DNA from: Candidatus Giovannonibacteria bacterium
Lineage (GTDB): Bacteria > Patescibacteriota > Minisyncoccia > UBA11713 > 2-01-FULL-45-33
NCBI GenBank assembly: GCA_016176295.1
Contig: JACOXN010000010.1
Coordinates: 1 to 50,833 of the forward strand
Reading direction: 5' to 3'
Length of the DNA stretch: 50,833 nucleotides
Numbering within the stretch: position 1 is the stretch's first letter; every line of letters starts with the position of its first letter. The translations under genes and the position numbers were made by a program. The notes under the pieces were generated by a model that saw only the letters and a list, made by a program, of their open reading frames with translations, was not told the DNA's origin and ran no database searches. Positions 26,498-36,400 of this stretch are shown here, one piece after another.

Positions 26498-26698
26498 ATG
26501 CAAGGAACAATCAAGACTCTGACGGAGAAAGGATTCGGATTCATTGCCCGCGAAGGCGAGGCCAAGGATCTCTTCTTTCACTCCAAAGAATTGAAGGGAG
26601 TGACCTATGACGAATTGAAGGTTGGCGACATCGTCACCTTTGAGGTAATCCAGGCCGAGAAAGGCCCGGCCGCCGTCAACGTATCGCGCGTGTCATAA
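26498..26698 (+). CDS. Cold-shock protein (CspA family)
   Basis: KGFGFI (RNP1), DLFFH (RNP2), KGPAAVNV. Confidence 0.95.
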   Translation: MQGTIKTLTEKGFGFIAREGEAKDLFFHSKELKGVTYDELKVGDIVTFEVIQAEKGPAAVNVSRVS

Positions 26699-26710
26699 TC
26701 GCGTCGAGTG

Positions 26711-26742
26711 AAAGCCGCCCCGCGGTTGCGGGGCGGCTTTTC
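26711..26742 (+). terminator. Intrinsic terminator
   Basis: aaagccgccccgc-ggtt-gcggggcggctttt. Confidence 0.85.
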
Positions 26743-26807
26743 ATTTGAAAAAAAATAATTGTAATAACTCACAATAATTTCACGGCAGTGCGCATATGCT
26801 GGGTTAT

Positions 26808-27035
26808 ATGTGCTACAATTGCGGATGCAAAATGCCGAACAACCTGCATGGTGTGCGGCAAAACATTATCAACTCAACTTTCAGAAAAGCCGCGAAATCC
26901 ATGAATATGTCTTTCGAGGACTCGCTAAAGAATATCCGCGACTTGATCGAAATCGAGCTTGCGGAGCATGAACACGGCGATGTACATGGACACTCGATCG
27001 ATCACGACCACGAACACGACCATTCACGCGGATAG
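26808..27035 (+). CDS. Small Cys/His-rich putative metal-binding protein
   Basis: MCYNCGC N-terminus; HEHGDVHGHSIDHDHEHDH tail. Confidence 0.65.
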   Translation: MCYNCGCKMPNNLHGVRQNIINSTFRKAAKSMNMSFEDSLKNIRDLIEIELAEHEHGDVHGHSIDHDHEHDHSRG

Positions 27036-27080
27036 CCGTATCCGTTCACCATCATTCAATGGGATGCTATAATTGGAGCA

Positions 27081-27515
27081 ATGAAAGGCATTATTGTTTT
27101 TTTTGACAGGCTTGAAGATAAGGTAAGGAATTTTCTCAGTCGTTTTCCGATATTTTACGCATTGGTGGGAGGCATAGGTGTCGTCCTTTTTTGGCGTGGC
27201 GTTTGGCATACGGCTGATTTTTTTACATACTACTTCCTTGCTTGGGTTGTGGAAGGTAAAACCGCGGTTGAGCCGATAATGGCGTACGACGGTCCGATAT
27301 CAATGGTCATCGGCATTATTATGCTGTTAATGACCGGTCTTTGGGTCTCGAATTTCATCGGAAGCGAGGTTATGATATCCGGCCTGCGGAGAGAAAAAAA
27401 GATAGCCGAAAAAAGCGAAAAGGAGATCCGCACGGAAGCCGAAGGGATAGCGGAAATAAAAAAGGAATTGGAGAACATAGAAAATAAATTGGATCGGGCC
27501 ATCATTAAAAAATAG
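27081..27515 (+). CDS. Hypothetical membrane protein
   Basis: GIGVVLFWRGVW, TM segments, C-terminal coiled coil. Confidence 0.8.
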   Translation: MKGIIVFFDRLEDKVRNFLSRFPIFYALVGGIGVVLFWRGVWHTADFFTYYFLAWVVEGKTAVEPIMAYDGPISMVIGIIMLLMTGLWVSNFIGSEVMISGLRREKKIAEKSEKEIRTEAEGIAEIKKELENIENKLDRAIIKK

Positions 27516-27551
27516 TTGCTTTCCAGCCCGCAATGTGTTTGAATTAATATT

Positions 27552-27830
27552 ATGTCACATGAACAGCCGAACATAGGCAGCGAAAAACTGCCGTCCGAAG
27601 AGGTTAAGAAATTGATTAAGAAATACCCGCAAGTCAAGCTGGATGAAGGAAATCAGCATTTCATGGTCGAACACACTGATGAGAACGGAAACTGGAGAAG
27701 CACCGACATGATACCGACCTGGAAGGAAATACCCAGGGAGAAAGGAGAGGCCGTACCCATCGAAAAGGAAATAAGGGACGCGCTGGGACTGCCCGAAGAA
27801 ACCGTCAAGGAAAAAAAAGAAGCCGCCTAA
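27552..27830 (+). CDS. Hypothetical protein
   Basis: 92-aa ORF followed by a terminator-like hairpin (27811-27844). Confidence 0.65.
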   Translation: MSHEQPNIGSEKLPSEEVKKLIKKYPQVKLDEGNQHFMVEHTDENGNWRSTDMIPTWKEIPREKGEAVPIEKEIRDALGLPEETVKEKKEAA

Positions 27831-27906
27831 TAGCGGCCTTTTTTCTTTACGCTATTTGCATTTATTTGCGGTTGCTGCATGATTATTTTCAGACGGGAGA
27901 TTAAAA

Positions 27907-28314
27907 ATGCCTTACTGGGTACTGATTGTTTTTTCAGTAATTATATTGGCAATAGTCATGTACGCGCGTTTGGTTTATAAAGCAAGTTGGGCGCTTAACA
28001 TTTTACACGTAGATCTTTTGGATCTGGCCCGTGAAGACCTGGCGGGCCGGGAACGGTTGATCAGGAGGAACTATTTGGATCAATACGCTCTTGCAAAATA
28101 CCGAATCCGGAGATTCCTTAGGAATGCAAACAACACATCGGGCGAAGGCCTCCTTGAGGCCCAATCCTCAAAGTGGCGGGTCGAGGAAAATATTCTCACC
28201 ATCTGGAGTGGTTCCGACGAAATAAGAATTCCGATAAATGATGCTACGCTGGCGCTGGACCTCCAAAATATCCAGCAAGCCGAGAGGATATTGCGAGTCT
28301 ACATCAAGCTCTGA
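27907..28314 (+). CDS. Hypothetical membrane-anchored protein
   Basis: GGGAG RBS, N-terminal TM, downstream hairpin plus T run. Confidence 0.65.
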   Translation: MPYWVLIVFSVIILAIVMYARLVYKASWALNILHVDLLDLAREDLAGRERLIRRNYLDQYALAKYRIRRFLRNANNTSGEGLLEAQSSKWRVEENILTIWSGSDEIRIPINDATLALDLQNIQQAERILRVYIKL

Positions 28315-28391
28315 GATAGGGCTTTTTTTTATGAATTCCCGGCTTTCATCAATTGTTAATGACTGTTATACTAATATGAAAACGCTTATTA

Positions 28392-28979
28392 ATGAAAAAT
28401 AATTTTATGGATGAACCGAACAATGAACCTCAAATCACAACGGAACCCAAAGTTCCGAAACAAGTTCCAAAGGTCATATTCAAAACGAGGGTCAGAGATG
28501 AATCCGTTGCAGGAAATAATCCTTACCGCTGGCAGGATGTGACGACCGACGAAATATTCAAGGGAAAAAAAATTGTGCTGTTTTCTCTCCCCGGAGCGTT
28601 CACTCCGGTCTGCTCTTCCTCCCATCTTCCGGGGTATGAAGAAGCGTATGATGAATTCAAAAAGCTTGGTATAGACGAAGTTATCTGTCTTTCGGTAAAC
28701 GATGCATATGTAATGTTCCAGTGGGGGAAACACCAGAATGTAAAAAACGTAAAGCTCCTTCCGGATGGTTCCGGCCTGTTCACGGAAAAAATGGGCATGA
28801 TGGTAAGAAAAGACAACCTCGGCTTCGGTAAGCGCTCCTGGCGATACAGTATGTATGTGGAGGACGGCGAGATAAAAAAAATATTCATCGAACCCGGTTT
28901 TTCGCATGACTGCCCGGACGACCCGCTTGAAGTAAGCGACGCGAAGACAATGCTTCAATACCTCAAATCGCTTATATAA
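28392..28979 (+). CDS. Peroxiredoxin (Prx5/redoxin type)
   Basis: LPGAFTPVCS, SVNDAYVM..W, GFGKRSWRY. Confidence 0.95.
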   Translation: MKNNFMDEPNNEPQITTEPKVPKQVPKVIFKTRVRDESVAGNNPYRWQDVTTDEIFKGKKIVLFSLPGAFTPVCSSSHLPGYEEAYDEFKKLGIDEVICLSVNDAYVMFQWGKHQNVKNVKLLPDGSGLFTEKMGMMVRKDNLGFGKRSWRYSMYVEDGEIKKIFIEPGFSHDCPDDPLEVSDAKTMLQYLKSLI

Positions 28980-29033
28980 GGCGCGGAGCGGTGTTTACTG
29001 AAAAATAATAACTTATGCTATAATTAGTCCATT

Positions 29034-30083
29034 ATGGCAATAATAAATAAAAAAAGTTCAGGTTTTATCGCTTTTATAAGAAATTTTAATCCGACGCCCA
29101 TAAATATCGCGAAAGCCGTCGGGATAATCACCGGAGGTTTATTCGTTTTTGCGCTGGTCATTAGCCTTATCGGCTCGTTATCCAAACAGAACTTCGGAGT
29201 AACGGCACCTCTTTCCGTCTCAAGACAAAGCGTTGGAGGATTCGGCGGAAGTTCATACTCACCGTCTTATGACCAATCAGAATCATATCAAAAAGGCATA
29301 GCGCCTATTCCCCCCAGAGACAATTTTACCCCTGGAGCGGATGCAGAGGATTTTGAAGTGACTGAATACAACGCGGCCATAGAAACAAGGTCGCTCGACC
29401 GCACCTGCAAGTCCGTTTCGGAACTCAAGGCAAAAAGCTACGTCGTTTTCGAATCCGCCGACAGCTACGAGCACGGCTGTGACTACACTTTTAAAGTGGA
29501 ACACGCGCACGTCGCCGAAGTCTTGCAGCTCGTCAAGGACCTGGGGCCCAAAAACCTTTCGGAAAATACTTATACCATCAAGCGCCAGTTAGAGGATTAT
29601 TCCAAAGAGTCGGATATTTTGGAAAAGAAAAAGAACTCAATCGACGAAACTTTAAAGAACGCCATCGCCGCTTATGACAGCATCATAACTCTCGCAACAA
29701 ATACAAAGGATGTGGAAAGTTTGGCCCGAATCATAGAAAGCAAGATACAAATGATAGAGCGTCTCACCCAGGAGCGGATTTCGATCAACGAACAACTGGA
29801 TAGGATCAGACTGGCCAAGGCCGACCAGGAAGACCGGCTACTGTACACTTATTTCAGGGTCAACGTTTATGAAAATATTTTTGTTGACATTCAAGTTATC
29901 AAAGATTCCTGGAAAATTGCGATAAAAGATTTCTTGCGTGATATAAATCTTACCCTGCAGGGAGTAACTGTCGGTCTTCTTGCCATGCTTCTATTTCTTT
30001 TTCAGTATATTCTTTACCTTTTCATTCTACTGCTTGTGGCCAAATATGGCTGGCGCCTCGCTAAATACGTCTGGGAAATATGA
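29034..30083 (+). CDS. DUF4349-like membrane protein
   Basis: N-terminal TM, ferredoxin-like core, coiled coil, C-terminal TM. Confidence 0.6.
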   Translation: MAIINKKSSGFIAFIRNFNPTPINIAKAVGIITGGLFVFALVISLIGSLSKQNFGVTAPLSVSRQSVGGFGGSSYSPSYDQSESYQKGIAPIPPRDNFTPGADAEDFEVTEYNAAIETRSLDRTCKSVSELKAKSYVVFESADSYEHGCDYTFKVEHAHVAEVLQLVKDLGPKNLSENTYTIKRQLEDYSKESDILEKKKNSIDETLKNAIAAYDSIITLATNTKDVESLARIIESKIQMIERLTQERISINEQLDRIRLAKADQEDRLLYTYFRVNVYENIFVDIQVIKDSWKIAIKDFLRDINLTLQGVTVGLLAMLLFLFQYILYLFILLLVAKYGWRLAKYVWEI

Positions 30084-30367
30084 AAAATTCTGTATACATT
30101 TTGTTGGCAGTGGTAATAGTCGTCGTCGGAGGCTTTGTTATTTATCTGACACGTTCCGTTTCTCCCAACACCTCGGTGCCCAGACAGGCTGAGTTCGCGG
30201 AAAAAATAGTTTATACCACAGATGCCTCCGCGGACACCACACCGCTAAAAGCCGACTGTGCCTCCAGAAAAGGCGTATTCAACGAATGCGGCAATATCTG
30301 CGCTCCGGATGCCGAAATATGCGCCAGCGTATGCGCTTTCACCTGCGACCTGAAAAAAGTGGATTAG
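30080..30367 (+). CDS. Small membrane-anchored Cys-rich protein
   Basis: C..R.G.FNECG..C......C..VCAFTC. Confidence 0.75.
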   Translation: MKNSVYILLAVVIVVVGGFVIYLTRSVSPNTSVPRQAEFAEKIVYTTDASADTTPLKADCASRKGVFNECGNICAPDAEICASVCAFTCDLKKVD

Positions 30368-30407
30368 GCGGGCAAATGAATATTAACATTATAATTAATA
30401 TAGTTTT

Positions 30408-33400
30408 ATGAGATGCAGAATACGTCTGATAATTGGACTTTCGTTCTTCTTTTTATTTATAGGCGGTTCTTTTGTTGTATTATCGCCGCACAGCAGAGCA
30501 GCCGCACCCACCAACGGTCTCGTGGGGTACTGGGCTCTCAATGAAGCTTCGGGCACCATAGCTGCCGATTCTTCCGGAAACGGCAGAACCGGAACCCTTA
30601 CCAACGGCCCAATTTGGATAGCAGGCCAGGTAGGCAACGCTCTCTCTTTTGACGGAGTAAACGATTACGTAACCATGGGAACCGCCCTGGATATTTCCGC
30701 TCTTCCTTTCACCCTTTCCGCATGGGTTAACCCGTCCAACTTCAACGATTATGGAACAATTATTGGAAAACGCACAACCTATAGCTCTGTCGGCATGCGC
30801 TTCAATTGGGATCTCTACCTTGGAACCGGCAGAGTTTTGTTTCAATCTCCAACGCAGGATTTTCTATTTTCATATAATCCTCCTTTAAATACTTGGACTC
30901 ATCTTTCTGTGGTGGCCAGATCCGGAGGAGTTGATTTGTATGTTAATGGCGCGCTTCAGCAAACCATGAGCGGAACCTTAACTCTCGGAACAGGATCAGG
31001 TGCGCAGTTGAGAATTGGAAATGCTCCGGACGGCCCTGATCAATTTGCCGGCAAGATCGATGAAGTTAGAATCTATAACCGCGCGCTTACTTCCACTGAA
31101 GTCCAGGATGTTTTCAATGCGGGAGGAATTATTCCTACTCCAACTCCGACACCAACACCGACTCCCACTATTGTACCTACTCCAACTCCAACCCCAGTTG
31201 CGACTCCAACACCCACGCCAATCCCGACCATCACACCAACCCCCACTCCAACACCTACACCGACTCCAACTCCCACTGTCAGCTCTACTATTAATATAGG
31301 AGAGATAAATATTCTCACCACACCTGATAGCGGCAACGGCAATCTCTTGGTAGCCCAGCAAACAACACTTTCTCAAACAGCTACAATACAAAGTCTATCT
31401 TTCTATGTAACAACCGCAGGCGGAAATCTACGCTTGGGTGTTTATGACGCAACAGGACCGGGAGGAGGACCCGGACAAAAAAAAGCTGAAACCAATTCAT
31501 TTACTCCTGTTGCCGGTTGGAACACCGCCAATGTTATCTCCCAAGTTTCCTTACCCGCAGGAACATACTGGCTCGCATATTTGCCAAGCAGCAGCATTTT
31601 AGGATTTAGAAATGATTTTAGCGGATCAGCCAAGTGGTATTCCTACACTTACGGAGTAATGCCTCAAACTTTCTCAACCGCACCATCGGGTGGAACATAT
31701 CACTGGTCATTCTATGCAACTTTGAATACGTCAGGCGTAACCCCGACTCCAACGCCGATTCCAACTCCAACTCCAACGATTACTCCGACACCAACACCTA
31801 CGCCTATACCGATTGGCACTCTCACCGGACTTGATTTTCCATCCAAAGGCAGTCCTTCTGTTCAATTTCGTTTTACCGGAGCTAATCTTAACAATTCCTG
31901 GCCCGCCACTTATATTTGGCGCATCAAGCCCCGCCAACAAACGGGCTACTACACAACCTTTTTCTGGGGCCATATGGCAGCGGGCTCCATGGCCGATTTC
32001 GAATACAATTATTATGGTGCGCACCCTTATCCTGTGGGTTCGAACTCAGGAACGACCCACAATTGGGAAGTTTCGATTGCTGGCCAAGATGTTATTACCG
32101 ACAAAAATGGATTCAATACAACTGTTGTTAAAGACCGTTGGTTTACGCAAGCACTCACTGCCGAGCGGATTGGAAATGACGTTAAAGTCACATTTTATTG
32201 GGATCTTGATGCCGGTACAAATCGCGTAATCGAAACTACTCAATTCGGACACGCTCTTGATTTTCCGCCGACAAATCCGGGACTTGTTTTTGGTGATGCG
32301 CCTTGGGCTCCCGGAAATGAAATGTTAAGCGGAATTTTCCGAGGGCTTCAGATATACTCCGGAAAACTTTCCCTGGCTGATATTCAAACTGAAGCCGCAA
32401 ACCAAATGATTAATACTCCTCAAACTGCTGCCGGTCAGGCGAATGTTTGGTATGTTAACCAGAATCCAACCCCTTCAGACATCTCTGATAAAAGTGGCAA
32501 AGCTCACAACCCTACGTGGTTTACAACTGCGCGTCCTACATTATATACAAGCGGCGTTACTCCCACACCGACACCAACTCCCACGCCGATTGTTTCAACA
32601 AAATTCATAGCAGGCGATAGGGTTCAAGTTATAAATGGAACTCTTAATGTCCGCTCAACTCCTTCAACTTCGGGAACTCTTCTTGGAGCTCATGCGATCG
32701 GAGATTTAGGAACAGTTGTCGGAGGACCTATCAATGTCGATGGATTTAACTGGTGGAATATAAATTACGATATCACCCCTGACGGATGGAGTGTTGAAGA
32801 TAATTTGCAGAAAGTTACCCCAACTCCCACTCCCACGCCCACTCCCACCCCAACTCCTACGCCAATCGGAGGAACTGCGCTTGGAAATCTCGCGGCCTCG
32901 ATGGCGCCGGGGACATGGGCGAAGCTCACGACGAACAACATTTCAGTGCCCTCCCAAGCATTTGAGGCAATATCTGGCGGCGGTAGGTCTGGAACTCCCG
33001 GCTACGATGGAAATATGGCGGCATGGAGCTCGAGGAAGAGGAAATTGATGATTCAGTCCACGTCTGATCCGCAGGTGCAATCGAATTGGAGTACAGACCT
33101 GATTATTTACGACGACGACTCGAACACGTGGAGTCTGGGACCCAACCCACATCCCGGCGTGAAGATTGGTTATCACGGCTATGATGGCTTGGCGTGGGAC
33201 GATACCAACGAGACACTTTATTATCGGCCTGGAGCGTATGCTTCGCCAACGATCTATCGTTATTCCGTAAATCAAGGTACATGGTCAACTCTCCCTTCTG
33301 CCACTGCAACAGGCGGGTGCTTTCAAATTGGCGTAGCGCTGACCTACCACACGACGATGGACGGAGGCAGCGTCCTTTGCTACGACGGTGAGCGTGGAAT

Positions 33401-36400
33401 TGTGCAATTCCGCGAATCCACGGGGACATGGAGTAATGTGTTGCCGGGAACACTTGTCTCCGGCACCGGGTCATATCACACATGCGCTGAATACAGTCCG
33501 AAAAAACAAGTTACCGTTTTTGGTTGCGGAGGTGGCACTGCGATGTACAAAATTGCAAACGATAAAACCGTGACTCGGCTGATAGATGCTCCTTCAAGTT
33601 TAAACTATGGTATTGTTAATCATGACATGGTAGTCAACCCAGTGAATGGCAATTTCATTGTTATTATTGGATACGCTGCCGGTAAGGGGCGCCTGTATGA
33701 ATTGAATCCTGACGGGGCGGGCACCTGGACGCTCCTGGACAACGATCTCACGACACCGGGAAAAATTTGCGAGACTTTCTACGATTCTTCTGCCGGGTGT
33801 TCTGGCGATTTCTATGGAGCTTCCGTGCCCACCTATAACGTTATAATGTACTGGAAATACAGAAGCCCCAGCACAGGCGAAGTTTGGCTTTACAAGCCAG
33901 CAGGAAGTATTACACCTATTCCGACCCCAACTCCCACTCCGACACCAACGCCTACCCCAACCCCAACTCCAGTTTCAACTAAATTTTCAATCAATGATCG
34001 CGTGCAAGTTTTTTCCGGTCCTTTGAATGTCAGAGACGCTGCCAATGGCAATCTCCTCGGCACGCAAGCCACGGGAAATCTAGGGACAGTTATCGGAGGC
34101 CCAATTAACGCGGGAAGCTTTAATTGGTGGAATATTAATTATGATGTTGCCCCTGATGGCTGGTCCGCTGAAGATTTTCTGGTCAAATACATTGCGCCAA
34201 CACCAACTCCTACTCCGACACCTGTCACTTCCGGAGGCACTGATTTCCAAACTAGATGTGCCGCGATAGGTGTCATTAAATGCATTGGGTTTGATCAAGC
34301 CTCGGATATTATCAACACACAATGGGGCGCGAACACCGGCATTGATACAAACGGAGCGAGTATACCAACACTCGACTTTAATTTGAAAGCATCAGGCAAT
34401 AGCTCGTTGAAATTTACCATTCCCTCAAACTCCCCAGCCAATACATCCGGCTCTTATTGGGCTAACTTTTCAACCGACCTCGCGACACAATTCGGGGGAG
34501 ATAGCGAATTTTATATCCAATGGAGACAACGTTTCTCGCCGGAATTTCTAACTACGGCATATCAGGGTGGGGGTGGATGGAAGCAAGCCATTATTGGAAC
34601 TGGAGATAAACCAGGATGTACCACAAGTAACTCAACAAATTGCTCTTCGTCGTGTACTGCCCTGGAAGTTGTAACTAACAATAACTACTACCGCGGATTC
34701 TCCCAGATGTATAATTCCTGCACAGGCTCCGCAACTCATGGTCCTTATGACGGGTTCGAAGAGCTCTTTGGAGGTTATGATTTCAAACTCCAGAATGCTA
34801 TGCCTTCTCCCTATTGTCTTTATTCAACAAGCCCGAGTTTTCCCGGTTGCTTTAAATACGCATCCAATGAATGGATGACATTCCAAGTGAAAATAAAAAC
34901 TGGCCCGCGCGTTGGTGATGAATTTAAAAACAGTTTTGTTGAGCTTTGGATTGCTCGGGAAGGACAACCTTCGCAGCTAGTCATAAATTGGGGCCCCTAC
35001 AATCTCACAGCAGGAACAGTTGGGGCCAACGACCAATTTGGAAAAGTTTGGTTGATGCCTTACAACACAGGCAAAGACCCTAGCCAATCCCATCCCACTG
35101 CCTACACTTGGTACGACGATTTGATAATTTCAAGAAATAAAATAGCCGATCCTGGCGGTACAGTTCCAGCGCCTTTGCCAACTCCAACTCCAACACCAAC
35201 TATCACTCCTACCCCGACTCCGACGCCTACATCTACACCCACTCCAACCCCCATCCCAACTCCTACTTCCGACGCCACTGCTCCTGTCATCTCTTCTGTT
35301 TCGGCTTCTTCGATCTCCCAATCCCAAGCCACTATCTCCTGGCTTACCAACGAGCTCTCCGATACACAAGTGGAATACGGAGTCACAACTTCTTATGGAA
35401 GCCAGACCGTATTGAATTCTTCTCTTGTAACCTCTCACTTCCAGACCCTTTCTTCTCTCTCAGTAGGCACAACTTACCACTACCGCGTAAAATCCAAAGA
35501 CTCGGCAGGCAACCTTGCCGTTTCTCTCGACAACACCTTCACTACCTCTCCCGCGCCCGACACCCAGGGGCCATCCGCAATTTCCAATTTACAGATCTCC
35601 AACCTGCAGACGAATTCATTCGTGCTCTCCTGGAACTCTCCCTCCGACCTTCCCAACGGGGGAGCGGCTGCCTCCTACGACCTCCGCTACGGAACCTCGC
35701 CCATCACCTCTGCTAACTTCTCTTCCGCTATCCAGGCAACGGGAGAACCGTCTCCATCTTCGCCGGGTTTTCCCCAGAGCTACACTTTGGCCAGCCTAAA
35801 TTCCGGCACCCTCTACTACGCCGCAGTCGTATCATCGGACTCGGCCGGCAATCTTTCGGCTCTCTCCAATGTGCCTTTCGCCACAACTCTAACCCCCGCT
35901 CCCACACCAACCCCGATTCCTACTCCTACACCAATACCTACTCCCACTCCCGACACCACAGCACCCATAATCTCTTCCGTCTCTTCCTCTTCCATTTTCC
36001 AATCCCAAGCCACCATCTCCTGGACTACCAACGAGTCCTCCGACACCCAGGTGGAATACGGGCTCACCACCGCATATGGCTCCCTTTCAGCGTTAAATAC
36101 CGCGCTCTCAACTTCTCATGCGGTATCTATATCATCGCTTGCTCCCAACACCACTTACCACTACCGCGTAAAATCCAAAGACGCTTCCGGAAACCTGGCA
36201 GTCTCCGGGGACAACATCTTCATCACCCTGACTGCCCCTGACACGACGGCTCCGGCTGCAATCGCTAATCTTTCCGCCTCGAACGTCACGGAAAACTCCG
36301 CCACTCTCACCTGGACTTCTACCGGAGACGACGGCAGCATAGGCACCGCGGCTTCATACGAAATACGCTATTCAACCGCGCCCATCACGTCTGCCAATTT

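Noticed and set aside
31135-35950. CRISPR array or DGR-type repeats
   Set aside because: The repeats are degenerate in-frame Pro-Thr codons and duplicated domains; no cas or reverse transcriptase genes
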